DNA from: Candidatus Methanomethylophilaceae archaeon
Lineage (GTDB): Archaea; Thermoplasmatota; Thermoplasmata; Methanomassiliicoccales; Methanomethylophilaceae
DNA length: 64,000 nt
NCBI GenBank assembly: GCA_017540825.1
Contig: JAFYAH010000051.1
Coordinates: forward strand, 363 to 64,362
Reading direction: 5' to 3'
Each line of letters begins with the position of its first letter. Position 1 is the stretch's first letter. Below are positions 30,463-38,744 of this stretch, in pieces. A program made the position numbers and the translations under genes. The notes beneath the pieces were generated by a model that saw nothing but the letters and a program-made list of their open reading frames with translations, was not told where the DNA came from and ran no database searches.

Positions 30463-32562
30463 TCACACCAGCATGTACTCCCCTTTCGGGGTCTTGATAG
30501 CCTCCGCGTTGTTGCAGAGGGTGCTGAGGGTAGACTTGACCTCGTCCTCCGTTATGCCTTCGGACGAGCAGTGGGCTATGATCTCCTCGAGGGTTATCCC
30601 GGGCTCTCCGAAGTCCTGGAGGACCTTCTTCACGATCTTGATCTTGTCGCGGCTCTTCGAGGATATCCCCGACATGACCTTGTCTATGTCGAAGCCTCCC
30701 TCGGAGTTGCCTGCGATCTTCTTCAGGTAGAACTCCACCAGGTCGACGGCGCGGTTCGCGTCCAGCTCCGTGACCTTGTCGCTGAGCCTCATCTTCGCGG
30801 AGGCCTCGGAAAGGCGGACGAACGCCTCCAGCTGCCTCGCGGTTATCGGGACGGAGTTGCCCTGGGCCGAGGCCCTGATGGACAGGTAGCTCTTGCTGAT
30901 GATGTTGTAGGCCTCGTCCGTCATCACCGGGACGATGCGCTTCGAATACGCGACGTACTTCCTGAGTATCTCCACGTCGTACACCGGGCGGATGTCGTTG
31001 GTCCTCTCCATGATCGCCTTGATGTCCACGCCGTCTATGACCGTGTCCTCCGGGATCATGCGGGCCTGCCCGCGCTGATGTGCGGAGAGGATGTGGTTGG
31101 TGATCTGGGCGTCCCTCTTCTTGTCGGGGCTGTCGGTCAGGACGAAGATGAGGTCGAAACGCGACATCAGCGCGGGAGGGAGGTTTATCTGGTCGTATAT
31201 GGGGGTGTCCTCGTCGAACCTCCCGTACTTGGGATTCGCCGCCGCCAGCATGGAGCACCTGCACTGGAGGGTCGCGGTAATGCCCGCCTTCGCGACGGAG
31301 ATCTTCTGGGACTCCATGGCCTCGTGCAGGGAGGAGCGGTCCTGCTCGGTCATCTTGTCCAGCTCGTCGATGCACGCCAGGCCCTTGTCCGCGAGGACCA
31401 GCGCTCCGGCCTCCAGGGTCCACCTCCCGTCCCCGAAGTCGTCCCTGACGGCGGCCGCGGTGAGACCGGCGGCGGAAGCCGACTTCCCCGACGCGTAGAT
31501 GCCTCTCGGGGCGAGCATGCTCATGTACCTAAGCAGCTGGGACTTCGCCACTCCTGGGTCTCCCATCAGCAGTATGTGCATGTCGCCCCTGATGACGGTC
31601 CCGTCGTCCAGGGTCTTGTGGGACCCCCCGAACAGCTGGAGGGCGATCGCTCTCTTGACCTCGTCCAGGCCGTTGATCGTTGGGGATATGGACTTGACGA
31701 TGTTGTCGAAGAGGGCCGGGTCCCGGGACATCTCCTTGATCCTCTGCTCGTCCTCCTCGGTGATCTGTATCTCGTCGTACTCGTGCTGCTCGAACTCCAC
31801 GGACAGCACGTCCAGGAACGTGTCGAACACGGTGGACTTGTCCCTGTCGGACTTCTCCACCGCCCTCAGCACCCCTATGAGCGTGATGCGGTTCCCGGCG
31901 GTCACCTGGCCGGCTATGTCGTCCTCGACGTATCCCGAAATCCTCTCGGGCTGCGCCCCTCCCCTGAGGCCTTCGGGGCTCTCCTGTATCTCTATCTTCT
32001 GGGTGTCGGTGTACACGGAGGCGTTCTGGTCGAGGGCGAAGCGGACGGCCTGCTTGTTGCAGCCGCCCTCCAGGTTGGAGCACATGGTGGGCTCCCTCAG
32101 CAGCATCCCTGTCTGCGGGACCCACATCTCGGCGCCGCAGCGGAGGCATCTGAACAGTGCGTGGGTCATCCTCGGCTTGACGGTCGTGACCTTCCTGGCC
32201 AGGCCTTCCACGGCCACGAGCTTCAGCAGGTGCTCGGACCTAAGGTTCCTTATCTCGACTGTGGCGTCGCGAGGGAGGTTGTGTATCCTCACGTTTATGA
32301 CGTCCCCGGGACGGCTCACGTTGGGCACCAGGGAGAGCACGGTCTTCCTTGCCAGGTCAAGGCATCTGTCCGGGTTCTCGAGGATGAACATCGCGAAGTC
32401 CACGTTGTACGAGTTTATGTCGGCGTAGTCCACGTTCAGGCTCTTCGGCTGCGGGTACTTGTTCGCTATCTCGGCTATGGCTATGCGGTACTCGTCCTTG
32501 GAGAACACCTCGGACCACGCCAGCTCTATCTCGCTGTCCTGGAAGTTCACTGCCATGCTCAT
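30463..32562 (-). CDS. mcm: Replicative helicase MCM.
   Basis: Start at MSMAVNFQDSEIELAW. Zn motif CLRCGAEMW...C, Walker A GDPGVAKSQ, Walker B CIDELDKM, arginine finger SRFDLIF. Confidence 0.96.
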   Translation of the reverse strand: MSMAVNFQDSEIELAWSEVFSKDEYRIAIAEIANKYPQPKSLNVDYADINSYNVDFAMFILENPDRCLDLARKTVLSLVPNVSRPGDVINVRIHNLPRDATVEIRNLRSEHLLKLVAVEGLARKVTTVKPRMTHALFRCLRCGAEMWVPQTGMLLREPTMCSNLEGGCNKQAVRFALDQNASVYTDTQKIEIQESPEGLRGGAQPERISGYVEDDIAGQVTAGNRITLIGVLRAVEKSDRDKSTVFDTFLDVLSVEFEQHEYDEIQITEEDEQRIKEMSRDPALFDNIVKSISPTINGLDEVKRAIALQLFGGSHKTLDDGTVIRGDMHILLMGDPGVAKSQLLRYMSMLAPRGIYASGKSASAAGLTAAAVRDDFGDGRWTLEAGALVLADKGLACIDELDKMTEQDRSSLHEAMESQKISVAKAGITATLQCRCSMLAAANPKYGRFDEDTPIYDQINLPPALMSRFDLIFVLTDSPDKKRDAQITNHILSAHQRGQARMIPEDTVIDGVDIKAIMERTNDIRPVYDVEILRKYVAYSKRIVPVMTDEAYNIISKSYLSIRASAQGNSVPITARQLEAFVRLSEASAKMRLSDKVTELDANRAVDLVEFYLKKIAGNSEGGFDIDKVMSGISSKSRDKIKIVKKVLQDFGEPGITLEEIIAHCSSEGITEDEVKSTLSTLCNNAEAIKTPKGEYMLV

Positions 32563-32792
32563 GCCTCCTTCGAGCGGCACTCCTCGTCCGCCCACCAGAT
32601 CCATCCGCCATGCTCCAGGGAGACCTGGCCCTTTATCCTGCCAGTCTTGCGGTACTTGGCGAGCGTCTTCGCCAGATCGTCGGGGCACCTGTAGCTGAAC
32701 AGATGCTCCAGCCTGTCGGTGGCCTGCGCCGTGGTGAGCCTGTCGTCCCCCAGGGCGTCCCAGATCATGGTGAGAAGGTCGTCTCCCGTCAT
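32559..32792 (-). CDS. Small hypothetical protein (77 aa) translationally coupled to mcm.
   Basis: MTGDDLLTMIWDALGDDRLTTAQATDRLEHLFSYRCPDDLAKTLAKYRKTGRIKGQVSLEHGGWIWWADEE. ATGA overlap with the mcm start. TTTTATATC box 30 nt upstream. Confidence 0.55.
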   Translation of the reverse strand: MTGDDLLTMIWDALGDDRLTTAQATDRLEHLFSYRCPDDLAKTLAKYRKTGRIKGQVSLEHGGWIWWADEECRSKEA

Positions 32793-32909
32793 ATGCCACT
32801 CATTAGTTCCATGTGATATAAAAGAACGGAGGCGTGCACGCACGGGTCTGCCTCCATGACGGCGACCGTCCGGGAAAGTTTTATCTCACGATACGTCCAA
32901 CGCCGTGGC

Positions 32910-33182
32910 ATGAAGGAATGCATGGACTCGGAGAACCTCCACAGGCGGCTCAAGAAGATATCGGGGCAGGTCGCGGCCGTGGACCGCATGATAGACGAGG
33001 ACGTCCCCTGCGAGGACATACTGATACAGGTCAATGCGATAAAGAGCGCCCTGCACAGCGTCGGGCAGATCATACTCGAGGGGCACATCAAGCACTGCGT
33101 GCGGAACGGGATAGAGCACGGGGACGCGGACAGGACCATAGAGGAGTTCGCGGCAGTGGTGAAGCAGTTCTCCAAGCTCTGA
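32910..33182 (+). CDS. CsoR/RcnR (DUF156) family metal-sensing repressor.
   Basis: LHRRLKKISGQVAAVDRMIDEDVPCEDILIQVNAIKSALHSVGQIILEGHIKHC carries the x-C-H-C ligand fingerprint. TTTTATCT box 31 nt upstream of ATG 32910. Confidence 0.85.
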   Translation: MKECMDSENLHRRLKKISGQVAAVDRMIDEDVPCEDILIQVNAIKSALHSVGQIILEGHIKHCVRNGIEHGDADRTIEEFAAVVKQFSKL

Positions 33183-33227
33183 TACCCCCATAGGGTACTT
33201 TATATACTCAATACCCCTATTGGGTAT
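33182..33227. promoter_or_regulatory. Two CsoR-type operators flanking the ATPase TATA box.
   Basis: ATACCC-CCATA-GGGTAC (33182..33198) and ATACCC-CTATT-GGGTAT (33211..33227), with TTTATATA (33199..33206) between them. Confidence 0.6.
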
Positions 33228-34607
33228 TTGGCGATAATATTGACCGTTATAGAAGTTATCAGGAAGAACAAAATCCAGATTGGAATGATAATTGCGTCAA
33301 TAGCACTGGTTATCACCGCAATTTTATTTCCATCCTTCAATTACATAGCCCTTATACCCGTCATGGTATGTGGGGCGCCCATACTCGTGGACGTCCTGGT
33401 GGACGTGGAAGACGGGAGGGTGTCTGCCGAGACGCTAGTCATATCAGCTATATTCGGATGCGTCATTCTCAGCGAGTACGTCGCGGCTGCGGAGATCGCA
33501 GTGATAATGTACATCGGCGCGCTCCTGGAGAAGTCCGTGACGGAATACGCCCAGATGGGCATGGACGCGCTGAGGAACCTCAAAGTAGACAGCGTCAGCC
33601 TGCTGGACGGGGGCGCGGTGAAGCAGGTCCGCACGGAGCGCGTAGGGATCGGGAGCGTGGTGCGCGTGTTCCCGGGCGGCATAGTCCCGCTGGACGGCAC
33701 CATAGTCTCCGGGTCTTCGTCGATCGACAGGTCGGCTGTGACCGGGGAATCCGTCCCTGTCGACGTGCGCGAGGGCGACGCCGTCCTCGCCGGGACCAGC
33801 AACCTCAACGGGTCCATCGACGTGAGGGTGGACCGCGTCGAGTCGGAGAGCTACGTCAGCCGCATGGCGGAGCTGCTCGAGAAGGCGGCCGCCGGGAAGA
33901 GCAGGATGGCGTCCATGGCCGACAGGGCGTCCAAATACGTCCTCTTCGGAGCCGCGGCCATCGCGATAGCGACGTTCGTGCTCACCGGCGACGTGTACCG
34001 CGCCCTGACCGTGATGGTGGTGTTCTGCCCCTGCGCGTTCGTCCTTGCGACGCCCACCGGGATCATGGCGATGGCCGGCAACATGGCCAGGCACGGCATA
34101 CTCCTGAGGGACGCGTCCGCGATGGAGGGCATGGCAAAGGCCAAGGCGGTGCTCTTCGACAAGACCGGCACCCTCACGGAAGGGAGGATGACCTCCCTGG
34201 GGTTCACCGGCACGGACGACGTCGACGAGAGAGAGGTGGAGGGGATGGTGTCCGCCCTGGAGTCCCGCTCCGACCACCCTCTTGGGAAGGCCCTGTCGGC
34301 CAGCGCCCCGAAGGGTGCTGTGGAAGGGTTCGAGAACATCCCCGGACAGGGCGTCGTCGGGACGGTCGACGGCGTCCGCATGGCTGTGGGGAACCGCAGC
34401 CTGATGGAACGCCTCTGCCCGGAAGGCCTGGAAGCCGCGTCCGAGGCCGCGAGCAGATCCTCTGCGGTCACCGTCCTCGTAGGGATGGACGGCAGGACCG
34501 TGGGGTTCATGAGCCTTGCGGACAGCGTTAAGAAGGGCTCCGCCGAGGCCGTGTCCGATCTGAAGGACTCCGGAGTGACCACCGTGATGCTCACTGGGGA
34601 CTCCTAG
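33228..34607 (+). CDS. Heavy-metal P1B-type ATPase, N-terminal 459 codons up to an in-frame TAG.
   Basis: TGES actuator motif, CPC in the TM helix (VVFCPCAFVLATP), phosphorylation site DKTGTLT, and MLTGDS. No N-terminal HMA domain. The start may be TTG 33228 (leaderless) or ATG 33285. Confidence 0.85.
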   Translation: MAIILTVIEVIRKNKIQIGMIIASIALVITAILFPSFNYIALIPVMVCGAPILVDVLVDVEDGRVSAETLVISAIFGCVILSEYVAAAEIAVIMYIGALLEKSVTEYAQMGMDALRNLKVDSVSLLDGGAVKQVRTERVGIGSVVRVFPGGIVPLDGTIVSGSSSIDRSAVTGESVPVDVREGDAVLAGTSNLNGSIDVRVDRVESESYVSRMAELLEKAAAGKSRMASMADRASKYVLFGAAAIAIATFVLTGDVYRALTVMVVFCPCAFVLATPTGIMAMAGNMARHGILLRDASAMEGMAKAKAVLFDKTGTLTEGRMTSLGFTGTDDVDEREVEGMVSALESRSDHPLGKALSASAPKGAVEGFENIPGQGVVGTVDGVRMAVGNRSLMERLCPEGLEAASEAASRSSAVTVLVGMDGRTVGFMSLADSVKKGSAEAVSDLKDSGVTTVMLTGDS

Positions 34608-35093
34608 AGGGCTGCGACAGAGGTGCGCGATAGCCTGGGCCTCGACGACCTCGTGTGGGAGTGCACCCCCGAGGCCAAGATGAGGACGGTGGAGCACTTC
34701 GAGTCCGAAGGCCCGGCCTGCATGGTGGGTGACGGCATCAACGACGCACCCGCCCTGCGGAGGGCCTCCGTGGGGATATCGATGGGGTCCATAGGAAACG
34801 ACCTCGCCGTCACGTCCTCCGACGTCGTGTTCCTGAACGACGACGTTGGGAAGCTCCCTGGGCTGCTCAGGCTCAGCAGGCGCTCCGTCAAGACGATAGC
34901 GGCGGGCCTCGCCATGTCGATGTGCGTGAACATCGCAGGCACCGCCCTGGCGATGGGAGGGCTGATAGGGCCCGCGGCCGGAGCGCTGATCCATAACGGG
35001 GGGTCCCTCGCGGTCGTCCTGCTGACGGCGTCCCTGCTGTGGAGCCCGGACCTGACCCGCTCGCCAAACCATATCTACCCGGATCCGGAATAA
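34608..35093 (+). CDS. Same P1B-type ATPase, C-terminal part following the in-frame TAG.
   Basis: Same frame. Reads RAATEVRDSLGLDDLVWECTPEAK, the hinge VGDGINDAPAL, then the final two TM helices with HNGGS. Ends TAA 35091..35093. Confidence 0.8.
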   Translation, partial: RAATEVRDSLGLDDLVWECTPEAKMRTVEHFESEGPACMVGDGINDAPALRRASVGISMGSIGNDLAVTSSDVVFLNDDVGKLPGLLRLSRRSVKTIAAGLAMSMCVNIAGTALAMGGLIGPAAGALIHNGGSLAVVLLTASLLWSPDLTRSPNHIYPDPE

Positions 35094-35100
35094 GGGGGCG

Positions 35101-36006
35101 ATGAGGTCCCAGGAGCATGCAGGCGCGCTGGCAGCGCTGTCCGCCGGCGTGATATGGGGGTTCCTGGGGCCGTTCGTCCGCAGCTGCGAGGACCTGGGCG
35201 TCACCACGATGCAGATGACGTGCCTTCGCTACATCGTGGTGGTCGCCGTCCTGGCCCCCTTGGTGTGGAAGAGGCGCGCGACCGCCGTCCGCATGAGCCT
35301 CAAGCCGGCGCTGCTGGTGGCGGCCATGGGGACGGTCGGCATCGCCGCCAACTCCACCCTCTACTTCCAGTCCATGACCATGATCCCCCTCTCAGCCTCG
35401 ACCGTCCTGCAGTACCTGGCGCCGTTCGTCGTCGTCGCCCTCTCTGTCCCGCTGTTCCGCGAGCGCCTGGGCATCGTGAAGGCGGCGTCGGTGGTCGCGG
35501 CCTTCGCCGGATGCGTCCTGTGCACAGGCATCGTCTCCGGACCGGGCTCGATGGACATGACGGGCATAGCGCTCGGAGCCGCTTCGGGGTTCTGCTTCGC
35601 GGAGTACACCCTGTGCTCCAAGGAGCTCGCCCGCTCCGGGCATCGTCCGACAGAGGTGCTCTTCTACAGCGGGATCGTGTGCATAGCCTGCCTCGCCCCC
35701 TTGTGCGACCTCCCATCCGCCGTCTCCGTGACGCTCTCCTCGGCATGGAGCGCTGCGCTGGTGGTGGCGCTGGGCCTCGCGATGACGCTCCTGCCGTTCG
35801 CCCTGTTCAACTACGCGCTGGACCGGGTGGAGGCCGGCAAGGTCTCCATAATCACTTTCGCGGAGCCCCTGACGGCCACCGCCTTAGGGCTAATGCTGTA
35901 CGGGGAGGCACTGACCGCCGAGGCCGCCATGGGCATGGCGATGATCGTGGCCGCGCTGGTGGCAATAAACAGGTGCGCCCGGAAAGACGAGAAGGATTCT
36001 AACTGA
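35101..36006 (+). CDS. EamA/DMT superfamily transporter.
   Basis: 301 aa, about 10 hydrophobic helices, and the two-EamA-repeat architecture. Confidence 0.8.
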   Translation: MRSQEHAGALAALSAGVIWGFLGPFVRSCEDLGVTTMQMTCLRYIVVVAVLAPLVWKRRATAVRMSLKPALLVAAMGTVGIAANSTLYFQSMTMIPLSASTVLQYLAPFVVVALSVPLFRERLGIVKAASVVAAFAGCVLCTGIVSGPGSMDMTGIALGAASGFCFAEYTLCSKELARSGHRPTEVLFYSGIVCIACLAPLCDLPSAVSVTLSSAWSAALVVALGLAMTLLPFALFNYALDRVEAGKVSIITFAEPLTATALGLMLYGEALTAEAAMGMAMIVAALVAINRCARKDEKDSN

Positions 36007-36010
36007 CGCG

Positions 36011-36529
36011 TCAATCGTCGCCGACGACCGAGCGTATGTACTCGTTCTGGATGCGGACGACCTCGGAGCTGTCCTTGGCCTTAGAATAGTCCTCCAGCAT
36101 GGCGCCGTTCAGCCTCAGGAACTCGGGCGCCCAGTTGAAGCGAGGGAGGAACGCGTCGGCCTGCTCCCTCTCCCCGAGGATTATGAGCGAGGCCATGACC
36201 GCCTCCGCGCTGTTGAGCTCCATCGGCCTCCCCCAGTTCACAGGGTTGGACGCGAGGAGGTACGGCAGCGCGCGCTCCTCCACCCTCTTCAGCCTCGGGA
36301 ACTCGTCTATGTTCGTCCACGTCAGGTCCATCACCACCAGCCCCCTGCGGGCATGGCGGACGTCGTCTGGAGCAAGAGCCCTGTCGGAGAACGGGGACAG
36401 CACGACGGACCCCGACGGTATGGCGCCCAGCGTCTTGGCCTCCTTGGCGAGCCCGAACTTCAGCATGCGCTTGGCGGTGCACTTCTTCGGATCGCACTGG
36501 CATTTGTCGTAGACGACGACCGGGATCAT
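36011..36529 (-). CDS. tsr3: 16S rRNA aminocarboxypropyltransferase Tsr3.
   Basis: 172 aa. DKCQCDPKKCTAKRMLKFGL... and LLASNPVNWGRPMELNSAEA are typical Tsr3/DUF367 blocks. Confidence 0.8.
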   Translation of the reverse strand: MIPVVVYDKCQCDPKKCTAKRMLKFGLAKEAKTLGAIPSGSVVLSPFSDRALAPDDVRHARRGLVVMDLTWTNIDEFPRLKRVEERALPYLLASNPVNWGRPMELNSAEAVMASLIILGEREQADAFLPRFNWAPEFLRLNGAMLEDYSKAKDSSEVVRIQNEYIRSVVGDD

Positions 36530-37002
36530 GCGGACACCAAGGACTGGAGGGCCTCGGGGTCCTTCATGTTCACCTCGACCCAGCCCTTCACCTCTTCCAT
36601 GGACTTGAGGTACTCCTCGTACAGCTCCAGGTCGTCGGTGGCCTCGAACTCTTCCCTGGTGCGCATGGGGGCGAGGATCTGCTTCCCCTTCCAGGGGGTG
36701 CGGGACGCCCATTCGTCGAAGGTCGCCTTCTCCAGATAGATAACAAGGTCGTAGTCCTCGTCCTCCCTGAGGTAGTCCCTGTCCTTGAAGTCCTTGGAGA
36801 CCTGCCTCCTCAGGTCCTCCCCGTTCTGGTAGAGCGCGGAGATCATCTCGCAGTCGATGAAGTCCTTCTCGGGCCCGGCGCTGTACACGTCGTAGGCGTC
36901 CGGATAGAGCTTGTTCGCGAAGTGCTCCGCCATCTGTGAGACGAAGTCGTTCTTCTGGTCTATGAACAGCACGCGCAGCTTGGTGGGCTTCTTCTTGAAC
37001 AT
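36526..37002 (-). CDS. LMW-PTP/ArsC-fold protein with a degenerate P-loop.
   Basis: LRVLFIDQKNDFVSQMAEHF aligns to V-L-F-V-C-x-G-N-x-C-R-S-x-M-AE, but the catalytic Cys and Arg are replaced (D, V). ATGA overlap with tsr3. Confidence 0.5.
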   Translation of the reverse strand: MFKKKPTKLRVLFIDQKNDFVSQMAEHFANKLYPDAYDVYSAGPEKDFIDCEMISALYQNGEDLRRQVSKDFKDRDYLREDEDYDLVIYLEKATFDEWASRTPWKGKQILAPMRTREEFEATDDLELYEEYLKSMEEVKGWVEVNMKDPEALQSLVSA

Positions 37003-37141
37003 GATGGCGGAGGATTCCCCATTGCGTAGATAATGTTTGGTTTCCGGAGCCTCGCCTAGGGCACGGGAAGAGCCTAAGCTGCCCCACGATCGCTGGCTCG
37101 GCTAACGAAACGGTTATGTGCATCCCCAAGGATACTCGCCC

Positions 37142-37201
37142 GCCACGATGATGATCGTTTTTTCGAGCTGATCATGATGATAGACGGGCGAGCTGAGTGG
37201 C
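37142..37201 (+). ncRNA. C/D box sRNA (2'-O-methylation guide).
   Basis: GCCAC-G-AUGAUGA(C)-13 nt-CUGA(D')-UC-AUGAUGA(C')-12 nt-CUGA(D)-GUGGC. Perfect box consensus, canonical guide lengths, and a 5-bp terminal stem. Confidence 0.88.
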
Positions 37202-37203
37202 CT

Positions 37204-38616
37204 TCACGGTTTCGCCGGGTTCAGCAGCGAATCCCTGTAGTCCTCGAAGGACAGCCTGTCTGGAAGCTTGATGCCGAGGCTCTTGAACATCTTCGACGCG
37301 GCGGAGCTGGCTTTCTCCACCTCTGCGTCGCCGTCGACGGAGCACATGACCGACTGCGCCGTCCCCAGGGCCTCCGAAGGGCTCATGCCGCACTCCCAGA
37401 GCCTGTCGGAGACGACCCCCCGCATGTGGTCCGCCAGGAATCCGCAGACCGCCATGCCGCAAGCCTCCTGCACAGAAACGTCCGCTGGAACGTGCGCCGC
37501 CCTGCATGACGCTTCCGCCACCAGCCCGGACGCGTATGCCTCCGCCACCAGGTCGGCGCTCCCGCCCTTGTTCGAGACGAGCACCTGGAACATCGGGGAC
37601 GGGGTCTCGAAACGGCCCATGTCGGCTACGACGTAGGCGTATGCCTTCCTCCCGAAGAGCTCTATCTTCTTCCTCATGGCGAACAGCTCCCTGCCGTCCT
37701 TCTCGAACACGCACTCCTTCTCGCCCACGTGCTTCAGGGCCTTCTGGCAGAGATCCTTGTAAGGGAGACCCTTCTTCGAAGGCATCGCGGCGATGAACGT
37801 CATCCCGGACTCGGGGCCGTACGCCTTGAACAGGGACTCGGTCACATACTCCTCGCCCAGGATCGCCACGCCGTCCCCTCCGTGGTCCAGAGCCCAGCGG
37901 CCGGGGTCCACCACGGGATCGCATCCGACCGGCTTTCCTCCGACGCCGTCGAACTCCAGCATCATCCTCGGTCCCCTATAGTCTGTCGCGTCGGTGTAGA
38001 ACGGCACCCTGTCGGTGGCTAGCATGTCCCTGACAATCGCCTTGGCCGATGCTGACCCCATCCTATGGTAGTACTTCTTGTCGTTCGTCGACTCCTTCGA
38101 GAACATCTCGTACGCGAAAGACCTCTCCAGCAGCTGCTTCAGAGGGATCCTGGAGCCGTCGGACGCTATGCTCTGCATCATGCGGACTATAGTCCCCTCG
38201 TACAGCGAGTCGTCGGCCAGGTATCCCTTCATATCCGACAGCAGGCCGGTCGACCTCATCGTCTCGAATGCCAGATATACGTCGCCGAACACCTTGTGCT
38301 TCCCCGAAGCCTTCTTCGGCGCGGCTTTCGGAGAGGTCGCAGGCTTCTCGGGAGGGGCCTCGACAGGCGAGTCGTCGGGATCGAAGAAGCAATCCTTGTC
38401 CACGTCGTACCCTACGAGGCCGCGCGTAGGAGACATGAAAACGCCCCTGCGCTTCGAGTCGTCGAGGCTCACCACCTTCCCGAGCTTCTCCCTCTGAACC
38501 TGCTTGGAATGGTACTTGCCGTCCTTCACATAGACGACGTCCATTATCACGGCGCTCCCGGAACGAACGCTGCCGTCCTCGTTGCGAACGAGCTTCTGAA
38601 CCTTGATAAATGCCAT
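37204..38616 (-). CDS. Hypothetical protein with weak resemblance to IS1634-type transposases. DDE triad not identified.
   Basis: The N-terminus MAFIKVQKLVRNEDGSVRSGSAVIMDVVYVKDGKYHSKQVQREKLGKV and the C-terminal tail resemble IS1634-family proteins. No terminal inverted repeats seen. An alternative ATG 38748 overlaps the AbrB stop (ATGA). Confidence 0.35.
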   Translation of the reverse strand: MAFIKVQKLVRNEDGSVRSGSAVIMDVVYVKDGKYHSKQVQREKLGKVVSLDDSKRRGVFMSPTRGLVGYDVDKDCFFDPDDSPVEAPPEKPATSPKAAPKKASGKHKVFGDVYLAFETMRSTGLLSDMKGYLADDSLYEGTIVRMMQSIASDGSRIPLKQLLERSFAYEMFSKESTNDKKYYHRMGSASAKAIVRDMLATDRVPFYTDATDYRGPRMMLEFDGVGGKPVGCDPVVDPGRWALDHGGDGVAILGEEYVTESLFKAYGPESGMTFIAAMPSKKGLPYKDLCQKALKHVGEKECVFEKDGRELFAMRKKIELFGRKAYAYVVADMGRFETPSPMFQVLVSNKGGSADLVAEAYASGLVAEASCRAAHVPADVSVQEACGMAVCGFLADHMRGVVSDRLWECGMSPSEALGTAQSVMCSVDGDAEVEKASSAASKMFKSLGIKLPDRLSFEDYRDSLLNPAKP

Positions 38617-38744
38617 GCGACGTGAGTAGCGCATGTGCGTTAATATTGTTATCCCTATAGTGATACCTGAAACCCATGCGGAAATAGCCGGAATCGCGGC
38701 TGAGCCGGCCTCGCGGACTGCGAACGGCCGGCGGCCGGAGTACT

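Noticed and set aside
38650-38670. TAGGGATAACA, an 11-nt match to the I-SceI homing endonuclease site.
   Set aside because: The remaining 7 nt of the 18-nt site differ. There is no intron or homing-endonuclease context, so it is coincidental.
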